Source of the DNA: a virus
Taxonomy: Duplodnaviria; Caudoviricetes
DNA length: 36,136 nt
Direction: 5' to 3' (one strand)
Virus record (IMG/VR): IMGVR_UViG_3300011334_000166
Span: 1 to 36,136 of that record
Part shown: piece after piece, positions 8,687 through 16,331 of the stretch
How positions within the stretch are numbered: the stretch's first letter is position 1
How the letters are laid out: the number at the start of each line of letters is the position of its first letter
Position numbers and translations under genes: made by a program
The notes under the pieces: generated by a model
Databases searched by the model: none
What the model was told of the DNA's origin: nothing
What the model saw: the letters and a program-made list of their open reading frames with translations, nothing else

Positions 8687-8985
8687 TGCTTGTTAATCGG
8701 TTTGCAATAGATTGCGCCGTCATCCGCAATGCGAATGGCACTTACGCGAAAAGGAGCGCCGGTGCCCATGGGCAAATAAAACGGGATGGGGGTATACGCA
8801 GGGATCGGCGTGCTGCCAGTGGTAGCCACAGCGCCAGGGCCAATCTCTACATAGCAAGGGGTCGTAGACCAAACCACCACGCCTTCAGGGCCAGAGTTCC
8901 AATCAGCAGTATTGCCCGCAGAACCGCTGTAAGACGCGGTGCGGCCAGGAAAACCAGTTTGTGATAGCGGATTCAGAAGTTCCAT
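8683..8985 (-). CDS. Small beta-rich virion protein (possible head-spike base)
   Basis: 100 aa, AAGGA RBS, in operon; function inferred only. Confidence 0.55.
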   Translation of the reverse strand: MELLNPLSQTGFPGRTASYSGSAGNTADWNSGPEGVVVWSTTPCYVEIGPGAVATTGSTPIPAYTPIPFYLPMGTGAPFRVSAIRIADDGAIYCKPINKQ

Positions 8986-8994
8986 GATGCGTCC

Positions 8995-9357
8995 TTATGC
9001 CAAAAAGCGGAGTTTGTACAGGGTACGAAGATAAATCTCAATGATGTTGTCAATGAGCTGTTGCAAAGATGAATCGGATTTGTCAGCAACTTCATACCGG
9101 CAGTCTTCAATTTCTTTTAGCGAGTCTTCCAAAAACTCAATGATGTTAGCCGTCTTCTTTGCGGAATGTAAAGTAATTGGCCCCATCAAACCATGCCGGC
9201 CTTGATAGGCTTCAGCAAAGTCATCTGCCGCGCCAATGATTCGGTCATAGAAAATGTTGAGCGCCACATGTTTGCTGTAGCTGCGGGTGTTCAGATGCAC
9301 TGAATGCGCCACGTCCCGCGCCAAGAACAGCAACCCTACAAAATCACACGCTTTCAT
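8995..9357 (-). CDS. Dps/ferritin-like four-helix bundle protein (DUF5856-like)
   Basis: 120 aa; AHSVHLNTRSYSKHVAL..FYD...ADDFAEAYQG echoes the Dps ferroxidase pattern; ATGA overlap with portal. Confidence 0.7.
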   Translation of the reverse strand: MKACDFVGLLFLARDVAHSVHLNTRSYSKHVALNIFYDRIIGAADDFAEAYQGRHGLMGPITLHSAKKTANIIEFLEDSLKEIEDCRYEVADKSDSSLQQLIDNIIEIYLRTLYKLRFLA

Positions 9358-11549
9358 TGTGGCATCCCTTGTTGTGGCATCATCTGTTGAGGTGCATATT
9401 CAGCAGACTCAGGCATCATCTCATTTTGTTCGCGGCCAGGCATTTCGCTGACCAGATCACCAGACGTAATCATGCCATGCACCGTACCCAAGACTATATC
9501 TTGAATTTGCTCTGGTGACATGCTTGCCTGCACTTGGGCCAAACGTTTTGTTTCAGCCTCGTATGCTTTGACTTGGGCCTCAAAGTCCTTGCGCTCCATG
9601 TCCTGCGCTTCAATAGACTTGCCGACATTTTGGATCATCTGGTGCATTTGCTCCATCTCTTGACCCATGGCCTGCATCTGCTGCTGTGCAGCCTGCAATG
9701 CTGGATTGTCATCGCCATCAGACATGAACTTGGGATCAATGGTCTTGGCAAAGCGCTTGGACATCTCTTGGGCGCCTGGCCAATCCATGTTCTTGACAAA
9801 CAGGTCACCGGCCACAGCCCACAGTTGAGGGTTTCCTTGCAACAGTTGTGCCATCGCCTCTAAAGCCTCTTGACGTTTGGTCGCGTAGCCTGGGCCAGTG
9901 ATCGCCACCACGTCGTACTTGCCGACTCCTGGGTTGTAGATTTTTTCCATCACAATCCCGCGCTCATCAACGATCTTGTTGACCGGCTGGGGTTGCTCGG
10001 GGTTGATCTTGATCATCTTGGTCTCGCCATCTTCACCGATGATGCGAGCAATGCGCTGGGTGTCGTAAATCTTGGGGATCAAGTCCACCAATTGGCGGGC
10101 TACATGGCGCACGCCACGGGCTAAGTTGTCGCCGTAATGGTATGTGCCCACATCGCCCTCGCGCTGGCGGGCCAGAATGGCTTTGCCCGAACGCTCGTTG
10201 GAGCCCATGCCCAAACTGGCGTTATATTGGCCTGTGGTGCTCTTAATGTCTTCAGACGCCCCCGCCTTGGCCTGTAGGAGGCCGCTGGAGGCCATTGGAG
10301 GCTGTGCCCGCTGGGGTAGTGGCAACATGCCGCCTTGGCCGTCTGTAACGTCTGGATTGACCTCCAAATACGGCCAGTTCTGCGTGTTGGCGGTCTTCCA
10401 TTGGTTCTCATACCCCTCAAACTGGCCACCATAGCCAATGAATGGGGCTTTGGGCGCCAAGGCCAGCATTTCTGCTTCTTGGCTAACCCAATAATTATAC
10501 ATACGCTGAGCGTCTTTAGCATTTCGTACTAATCCCGACACGTACAAACGACCGTCTACCTCAAATTCGTTGCCTACGATGCGGATTACGGGGATGTATT
10601 TGCCCGCCCACTCGCGTTCTTCAAGAATTTCGTACCCGTTAATCTTGCAATATTTGACCTTTGGACGGTCAGATTCGCGTGATTTCTTGGGCTTGCCGTA
10701 GATTGCCCGCAGTTGCTTGTCCTCGGGCGTGCCCTCAAACGCCGTGGCGTTGCCGGGGTACAGGTTCAGCGTTGTGCGGTCAAAGTCGATGTAGTAGTAA
10801 TCCGCAAGGCGAATCGTGTCTTCATTGAGCCAGTTGCTGATCGACTGATCGCCCACACCCAGCGACTGCAAGGTGGTAATGGGTGAAGCGTCTGGGTACA
10901 TCCGCTCAAACTCGGCCTTGGTCACATCTTCAGTGACAAAGCACCACTTGGCATCCGCACCGGTTGGGTCTTGAATCGTTGGATCCATGTAGACCGAAAA
11001 GGAGTTGCGCACACGGCCAATCTTGATGTCTTGGTCAAACGTGTTGTCTTCGCAATATTCGGTCAGCAGGCGAAGGTAACCTTCGCCGTAAGAAACTTGG
11101 TTTTCACAGGCAGTGTCGTAGGCCACATCGGCGTCGCTGATGTACTCAATATGCCGAATCATGCCGTTGAAAATGTCGGCTACTTCCACGTCGGCGTTGT
11201 CGTCCACCGGGATGACCTTGGCGCCAGGCCGGTTCTGGCGCTGGTCGTTGGTGACCTGGCGCACATGTTGAGGCAACTTATTGATCGTCAGACACGGGCG
11301 GGCGTTGATGGTTTGACCCTGCACCGCACCACGGGTGGCCAGCACATCGGCGGGCCACTGCCAATGGTTGTCAGGCGAGCCGGCATAAAAGCGCAAATCG
11401 TCGATCTCATCTTCGCGGCTCTCGGCAAGCGCGGACACCGCCAGATCAAGCCTGGCACGGGCTGTGGCCAGGATGTCAGACGCGCTCTTCTTTGGTTTAC
11501 CGCCTTCGGCCACTGCGCCAGCAGCCGCAATGCCTGTGAAGTCTGCCAT
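9354..11549 (-). CDS. Portal protein, P22 gp1 family
   Basis: 731 aa; DLRFYAG...QWP, RPCLTINKL, GLVRNAKDAQRMYNY, SGKAILARQ, Gln-rich C-terminal barrel. Confidence 0.93.
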   Translation of the reverse strand: MADFTGIAAAGAVAEGGKPKKSASDILATARARLDLAVSALAESREDEIDDLRFYAGSPDNHWQWPADVLATRGAVQGQTINARPCLTINKLPQHVRQVTNDQRQNRPGAKVIPVDDNADVEVADIFNGMIRHIEYISDADVAYDTACENQVSYGEGYLRLLTEYCEDNTFDQDIKIGRVRNSFSVYMDPTIQDPTGADAKWCFVTEDVTKAEFERMYPDASPITTLQSLGVGDQSISNWLNEDTIRLADYYYIDFDRTTLNLYPGNATAFEGTPEDKQLRAIYGKPKKSRESDRPKVKYCKINGYEILEEREWAGKYIPVIRIVGNEFEVDGRLYVSGLVRNAKDAQRMYNYWVSQEAEMLALAPKAPFIGYGGQFEGYENQWKTANTQNWPYLEVNPDVTDGQGGMLPLPQRAQPPMASSGLLQAKAGASEDIKSTTGQYNASLGMGSNERSGKAILARQREGDVGTYHYGDNLARGVRHVARQLVDLIPKIYDTQRIARIIGEDGETKMIKINPEQPQPVNKIVDERGIVMEKIYNPGVGKYDVVAITGPGYATKRQEALEAMAQLLQGNPQLWAVAGDLFVKNMDWPGAQEMSKRFAKTIDPKFMSDGDDNPALQAAQQQMQAMGQEMEQMHQMIQNVGKSIEAQDMERKDFEAQVKAYEAETKRLAQVQASMSPEQIQDIVLGTVHGMITSGDLVSEMPGREQNEMMPESAEYAPQQMMPQQGMPQ

Positions 11550-11728
11550 TATTTGATCTTGCTAAGGACTTTGTTCACCGTTGCCTTGACATTGTTGCCC
11601 GATGGAATCGTGGCATAGCAATTGGCAGTGGGTGAATGGGTTTCTTTGTTGCGTGCTGGCATGCCAGCGCCGGACATTTTGGGCTCAACACTGTTCAGTT
11701 TAGCGATAGGTGCGAGGGTCTTGCTCAT
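11549..11728 (-). CDS. 59-aa basic hypothetical protein
   Basis: Hand-translated MSKTLAPIAKLNSVEPKMSGAGMPARNKETHSPTANCYATIPSGNNVKATVNKVLSKIK; ATGA and TAATG overlaps at its ends. Confidence 0.7.
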   Translation of the reverse strand: MSKTLAPIAKLNSVEPKMSGAGMPARNKETHSPTANCYATIPSGNNVKATVNKVLSKIK

Positions 11729-11862
11729 TTCTTTCCTTTCGGGGCTGCACGTTTGACTGCATACGCAATCGCCACGGCCTGCTTGACGGGCTTGCCCGCT
11801 TTCACTTCGGCCTTGACGTTTTTGCGGAATGCTTCGGAAGTTTTGGATTTGACAAGTGGCAT
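11725..11862 (-). CDS. 45-aa basic protein (KQAVAIAY motif)
   Basis: MPLVKSKTSEAFRKNVKAEVKAGKPVKQAVAIAYAVKRAAPKGKK; start 11862 follows the terL stop with a GGAG RBS. Confidence 0.8.
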   Translation of the reverse strand: MPLVKSKTSEAFRKNVKAEVKAGKPVKQAVAIAYAVKRAAPKGKK

Positions 11863-11863
11863 T

Positions 11864-13387
11864 TTACGCTCCCATCCATCCTGTAGATACTGCGCTACCG
11901 TAGCTTCTAGCGGTGCGCTTGGGTTCAGCATACTCACGATGTGCCACTGGAAAGGCAAATGTGACGCATATAGCGTCAGCAGCGTCGGGTGAGGCAAGAC
12001 CGCGAGCTTTCATTTCCTTTTTGCTTTCCAAGAAGATTGTTCCCCGTGAATCAGGCTTCATCATAGGCGAAATCAAGTCCGTCTTCAAGAACCTGTCGCT
12101 AGGGATACTAGCAGATTTCAGCCATTCTCGCATATCTCCCCACATCTGCGCGCGCATATTACCGTACATGATTGGGTTTTTGGACTTATTTCCAAAGTTT
12201 ATGCCCTTGACCTTGTACCGCTGCTCTTTGAGTCTGTCCACAATACCCGCCCCCAGCCCGCCTTCGTCGATCACGACCAGCGCCGGCTTGAACTCCTCAA
12301 TTGCTTCGATCACATACCCCACCACCGTCATGGTGTCGTCGCCCCTGTGCCGCATGATCTTGACAATATCCCGTCCTTGGCGCACCGCAATGACCGTAGC
12401 GTCCGCGCCGAACCGTGCCGGGTCTACGCCGATCACGATTGGCGCGCTGGCGTCCTTGTACTTAGGCCGGGCCATGGCGTCGTCCACTATGTCGGCGCCG
12501 ATGAACTGGTCATCGCCTGCACTTGGGAACATGCCGTAGACCTCAACGTGCGCTTGGCTTGAATCAGGCCCATATTCGTCAATGATTCGGTTGTAGACCG
12601 CTTTGTCGGTGCCCTCGACCGTCCTAGCGTCCACGATTCGGGTGCGCCAAAACGCCCGTTTGCTGTTGAAAGCCTCGTAAAAGTACCCGGTGTTGCGTCG
12701 CGGGTTACTGAAGGCCAACCAAAAGCGGTTTGGCGTGTTTTCTGTAAAGAAGCCGCCGGTCACCGCCCAAATAGAGTCATCGATACCTGATGCTTCATCA
12801 AAAACCACCAGCACACCATCAAAGTTGTGCACGCCAGCGTAGGCGTCAGGGTTCTCAGCCGACCAGAGCCTGCCTTCTACGCCCCAGTAGCGCGTGCCCT
12901 TTTTTAAATCCCGCTCGACCAGTTCGGTCAGCCACTTGGCCGGCATCACTCTGGTGGCTGACACTTCAAACCAGTGTGAGTTGATGGCCATGGCCAACCA
13001 TTTGGTGATCTCGGCCCATGTGATTGACCTGAGCTGGGACTCAGAGTTAGCCGATATGATGGTTGTTGAGCCTATTCTGGTGGCCAGCATCCAGATCGTA
13101 ATCCACGACACCAGCGCCGACTTGCCAATACCCCGGCCAGATGAGATGGCCTCTTGCAGCACATCAAAGTCAGCCTTGCCTTGGTTCAGTTTGATGTGCT
13201 CGGCAATGTCCAACAGCACCTCGCGCTGCCATTTGCGCGGGCCGGTGAAGTTTTCCAGCGGTGTGCCCTTGACGCCCCATGGAAACGCAAACATTACAAA
13301 CGCTAACGGGTTGTCCTTGATCGCCGGGCTCCACAGCCGGGCCATCAGCTCTTGTTCGTCTTCAGCGCTGTACTTGGTGCTCTGCAT
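11864..13387 (-). CDS. terL: Terminase large subunit
   Basis: 507 aa; Walker A SGRGIGKS, Walker B LVVFDEA, SNP motif, nuclease IGVDPAR and SPDAADA. Confidence 0.95.
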   Translation of the reverse strand: MQSTKYSAEDEQELMARLWSPAIKDNPLAFVMFAFPWGVKGTPLENFTGPRKWQREVLLDIAEHIKLNQGKADFDVLQEAISSGRGIGKSALVSWITIWMLATRIGSTTIISANSESQLRSITWAEITKWLAMAINSHWFEVSATRVMPAKWLTELVERDLKKGTRYWGVEGRLWSAENPDAYAGVHNFDGVLVVFDEASGIDDSIWAVTGGFFTENTPNRFWLAFSNPRRNTGYFYEAFNSKRAFWRTRIVDARTVEGTDKAVYNRIIDEYGPDSSQAHVEVYGMFPSAGDDQFIGADIVDDAMARPKYKDASAPIVIGVDPARFGADATVIAVRQGRDIVKIMRHRGDDTMTVVGYVIEAIEEFKPALVVIDEGGLGAGIVDRLKEQRYKVKGINFGNKSKNPIMYGNMRAQMWGDMREWLKSASIPSDRFLKTDLISPMMKPDSRGTIFLESKKEMKARGLASPDAADAICVTFAFPVAHREYAEPKRTARSYGSAVSTGWMGA

Positions 13388-13805
13388 GAGTTAGGTCTAG
13401 TTTGGGACTTGGCGCGTGGGCGATGACATCAATCACCCTGGACTCAGCGTCGCGCAGCGCTTGGGTGACTGAGATGCGCTGATCGACATCAATAGTGATA
13501 GATTGCTTGGCCACCCAACCGTGGACGTTTTGCAGGATTGCAAGCGCGGCCTTGGAGTCGCCTTCGCGCGCTGCTTTGTGCAAGCACTGGGACATTTCCA
13601 TTTCAGCGTCTGCTTTGCCTTTTTGCGCCGCCATCTCCGCAATGGGGTCAAGCTGCACCAGTTGCCGGTACTCGGAGGGGAGCATGCCAGAGGCCAACGC
13701 CAACGAGTCGCCTTTCAGCCCCAGCTTGGCAGCTTCGTAGATGCGGTTTAAGCGCGCCTCAGTCGCTTCGACCTTGCGCGGTGCAAAAGGTAGGCTTTCA
13801 AACAT
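13362..13805 (-). CDS. terS: Terminase small subunit
   Basis: 147 aa from ATG 13805 (MFESLPFAPRK...); helical, A..GD.KAALAILQN.HGW pattern; overlaps terL start. Confidence 0.75.
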   Translation of the reverse strand: MFESLPFAPRKVEATEARLNRIYEAAKLGLKGDSLALASGMLPSEYRQLVQLDPIAEMAAQKGKADAEMEMSQCLHKAAREGDSKAALAILQNVHGWVAKQSITIDVDQRISVTQALRDAESRVIDVIAHAPSPKLDLTHAEHQVQR

Positions 13806-13811
13806 GGCCTG

Positions 13812-13820
13812 AATATAACA
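13812..13820 (-). promoter_or_regulatory. Extended -10 promoter for terS / late operon
   Basis: Minus strand TG-T-TATATT ending 6 nt before the terS ATG, with an A/T tract upstream. Confidence 0.55.
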
Positions 13821-13838
13821 AAAATTTTTAAAAAAATC

Positions 13839-14340
13839 TGTGGGTCGTGTGGGCAATGTGGGCTATTAAAAATTTTGTTTGCAGCCCCTCCGCTTCCGTG
13901 ACCTTCGGCGCTCGGCCCTACCCGGGGCCATCGAGCAAACAGCAAAATGCCACGCGACCTGCAGCCGACAACCTTACAAACCTTACAATGTAGTACTTTG
14001 GTGGGGGGGCGTGTGGACTATGTCCACACAACCCAGTCGCTCGCTGGGCGTGTGGCCTTTTGCATGATGTAGTACTTTAGTGGGGGGCTTGTGGACAATG
14101 TGGACACCCCTTTTTTAGTCGCTGCCTAAACCATGGGGGTGTGAGCTTTGGTGAGCAAGCATGGCTCCACAACCTAATAGTTAACTATATAGTATTACAT
14201 ATAATCTATCATACCTTACCCTATATTTTCTTGCCCACATTGTCCACAGTGTAAGGTTTTCGCTCTTACCTTAGGTCGATTTGCGCTTGCCCACATGCGC
14301 TCACAATCCGCCCACGTTTGCACCCACAATAACCCCACAC
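13839..14340. repeat. Iteron-rich putative replication origin / packaging region
   Basis: TGTGG(G/A)CAA-type 9-mers at 13839-13865, 14012, 14090-14106 and inverted copies at 14232-14248 and 14288-14340 around an AT-rich core (about 14173-14230). Confidence 0.7.
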
Positions 14341-14365
14341 AATCGCGGGTCAATATTTGCATGGG

Positions 14366-14394
14366 TTGACAAGCGCTCGTCAATGTCTTACACT
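14366..14394 (+). promoter_or_regulatory. Sigma70-type early promoter with overlapping palindrome
   Basis: TTGACA-17 bp-TACACT; TTGACAAGCGCTCGTCAA (14366-14383) is a near-perfect palindrome. Confidence 0.8.
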
Positions 14395-14448
14395 ATCTTC
14401 ACTGGCTTGATTTTGAGCCAGCATAAACTACAGTACAGAAAGCCCACA

Positions 14449-14637
14449 ATGACCAAATCAGAAACACGCGAACTAGTGAAAATCATTGGTTACCTTGACG
14501 AATCGAACCTGCGCGGCATGGCTGCGCGCTCGCTGGCCACACTGATTCGCAGTACACGCGGCCGCAACACACGCGCCGAACTGCTTGATTTTGCCCGCGT
14601 CAACCGGCTGCATGAGCGCATCGAATTCAAGGTTTAA
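14449..14637 (+). CDS. Early hypothetical protein (62 aa, Arg-rich)
   Basis: MTKSETRELVKIIGYL...; first ATG downstream of the early promoter. Confidence 0.65.
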   Translation: MTKSETRELVKIIGYLDESNLRGMAARSLATLIRSTRGRNTRAELLDFARVNRLHERIEFKV

Positions 14638-14696
14638 ATGTCAACCGCGCGGCCACCGGCCGCGCTCAATCCACTCAAATACAGTAAAGGTTCATC

Positions 14697-15455
14697 ATGT
14701 CAAAAATTCTAGGTTATATCGCGTATGAGGGTCCGTCAACCATTGACGGCGCGCCCATTGTCGTCATTGTCAACAAAATCGATACCGGTAGCGCAAACGC
14801 AAAGACCGGCGCCATTGTGCAAACCTTCATCATCCGGTCCGATATCGCGCCCATGGCCGCGCTGCAGTCCGGCGCGGATTACGCTATCTGCGGCGATTGT
14901 GGCCACCGGCCATATCTCATTAAGACCGGCGAAAGTGACGAGCCCCCATGCTACGTGCAGGTAGGTAAGAGCGTGCAAAGCGTATTCCACGCATATAAGC
15001 GCGGCCGGTACGTCAAAGCGGACCCGGCCACAATCGCGCGCGTGCTGGCCGGTAAGATTGTCCGAATCGGCACATATGGGGACGCCTTCGCGGCGCCGGT
15101 CAAAATGTGGACCCAAATAACCCGCTATGCAGCCGGCCGGCGCGGTTATTCGCACCAATGGGACCGCGCCGATTTTGACGTGCAAGCATGGGCGCCCCTT
15201 GTCATGGCAAGCGCGGACAATATTGATCAAGCTGCCAAAGCAAACCTTTTAGGCATGCGCGTTTTTCGGGTTAGCGTGGGCGTCGACGTTCAACCGGGCG
15301 AGGCATCATGTCCCGCTAGCGCAGAGGGCGGGCGCCGGTCCACGTGTGCCAAATGTACATTGTGCTCCGGCACGTCAATCGCTGCGCGCGATATTGTGAT
15401 CGCGGACCATGCAGCCGGCCACGCGCGCCGGGTTATCTCGATCGCTAGTGTCTGA
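14697..15455 (+). CDS. Cys-rich putative metalloprotein (Gp88-like)
   Basis: 252 aa; NAKTG, ICGDC...CYV, VRIGTYGD, GYSHQW, MASAD, CPAS...CAKCTLC; AAAGG RBS. Confidence 0.6.
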   Translation: MSKILGYIAYEGPSTIDGAPIVVIVNKIDTGSANAKTGAIVQTFIIRSDIAPMAALQSGADYAICGDCGHRPYLIKTGESDEPPCYVQVGKSVQSVFHAYKRGRYVKADPATIARVLAGKIVRIGTYGDAFAAPVKMWTQITRYAAGRRGYSHQWDRADFDVQAWAPLVMASADNIDQAAKANLLGMRVFRVSVGVDVQPGEASCPASAEGGRRSTCAKCTLCSGTSIAARDIVIADHAAGHARRVISIASV

Positions 15456-15522
15456 CCTAATGCGGCCATGGTGGCCGCATTGGGGCACGCATTGTGCCGA
15501 TCAACTAAACGAAGGGTAAACC

Positions 15523-15765
15523 ATGAAAACATTAAAATTTAACGTAGGCGACCGGGTGGCATTTGCGCGCCACGTGGTCAAACGCTTGGGGCACGATAAG
15601 CACGTGGCCGATGCGCGCGGCCACGTGGTGGCCATCGATGGCGCCGTGGTGGCCGTTGATTTTGCGGGCACGTGGGCGCCACACGAAGATGGGTCAAACG
15701 TGCGCCACGTGCCCGGCGCTAACCTTACCAAAATTATGACTAATGGGGTGGTGTATGACCATTAA
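15523..15765 (+). CDS. Hypothetical protein, possible SH3/KOW-like beta barrel
   Basis: 80 aa, FNVGDRV start motif; GAAGGG RBS. Confidence 0.7.
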   Translation: MKTLKFNVGDRVAFARHVVKRLGHDKHVADARGHVVAIDGAVVAVDFAGTWAPHEDGSNVRHVPGANLTKIMTNGVVYDH

Positions 15766-16030
15766 AACCATGCGCGCCAAATACAAGGGCAAAGATGCGC
15801 GCACGGGCGCGCCTATATACCCCGGGGACGAAATCCAATTCGACACAATAACCCGTCAGGCATGGATAACGGCCGAACCGGGCGACTGTGAATACGAAAC
15901 CCATGCGGGTCAATATCTCGCTCAATCCCATGGGGTCTCGCACATATGGAATTCAGGGGGCCGGGAATACTATCGAAACAAGGCCGGGCGCTGCGAAGAC
16001 GCCCCATGCTGCGGGTGTTGCAACGCATGA
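15755..16030 (+). CDS. Hypothetical protein with C-terminal GRCEDAPCCGCC motif
   Basis: 91 aa from MTIKTMRAKYKG; overlaps neighbours in the operon. Confidence 0.75.
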   Translation: MTIKTMRAKYKGKDARTGAPIYPGDEIQFDTITRQAWITAEPGDCEYETHAGQYLAQSHGVSHIWNSGGREYYRNKAGRCEDAPCCGCCNA

Positions 16031-16179
16031 TTGATAAACATGAAACCATGCGCGAAGCGCTTGAGGCGCTTATTTTCTACGCCGATCAAGCGGCGCCGGA
16101 CATGCCCGACACGGCCCGGGTTGAAAACCTGGCCTATGCATTGGACCGCGCGCGCGAAGCGCTGGAGCGCGACCAATGA
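16027..16179 (+). CDS. 50-aa hypothetical protein
   Basis: MIDKHETMREALEALIFY...; ATGA overlaps on both sides. Confidence 0.7.
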   Translation: MIDKHETMREALEALIFYADQAAPDMPDTARVENLAYALDRAREALERDQ

Positions 16180-16331
16180 CGTACTACACCACCAAAGGGG
16201 CCGCGCAGGCTCTCGCTGACACGTTAGCCGCGCAGGATGATGACGCATGGGTTTACGAAGTGCACGCGAGCCCACGCGGGTTCTATGTTGCAGTATTTGA
16301 TTTCGATCATTTTTTTCTGGGGAACTTATGA
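16176..16331 (+). CDS. 51-aa hypothetical protein
   Basis: Hand-translated MTYYTTKGAAQALADTLAAQDDDAWVYEVHASPRGFYVAVFDFDHFFLGNL; ATGA coupling at both ends. Confidence 0.7.
   Translation: MTYYTTKGAAQALADTLAAQDDDAWVYEVHASPRGFYVAVFDFDHFFLGNL

Noticed and set aside
3940-13394. Long + strand ORFs (e.g. 3940-4503, 10971-11618, 11913-12539, 12894-13394)
   Set aside because: Antisense shadows of coat, portal and terL with no RBS or recognisable motifs
13988-14107. Repeat-spacer-repeat resembling a mini CRISPR array
   Set aside because: Only two degenerate G-run copies, no CRISPR-like terminal motif, and they are built from the surrounding iteron units
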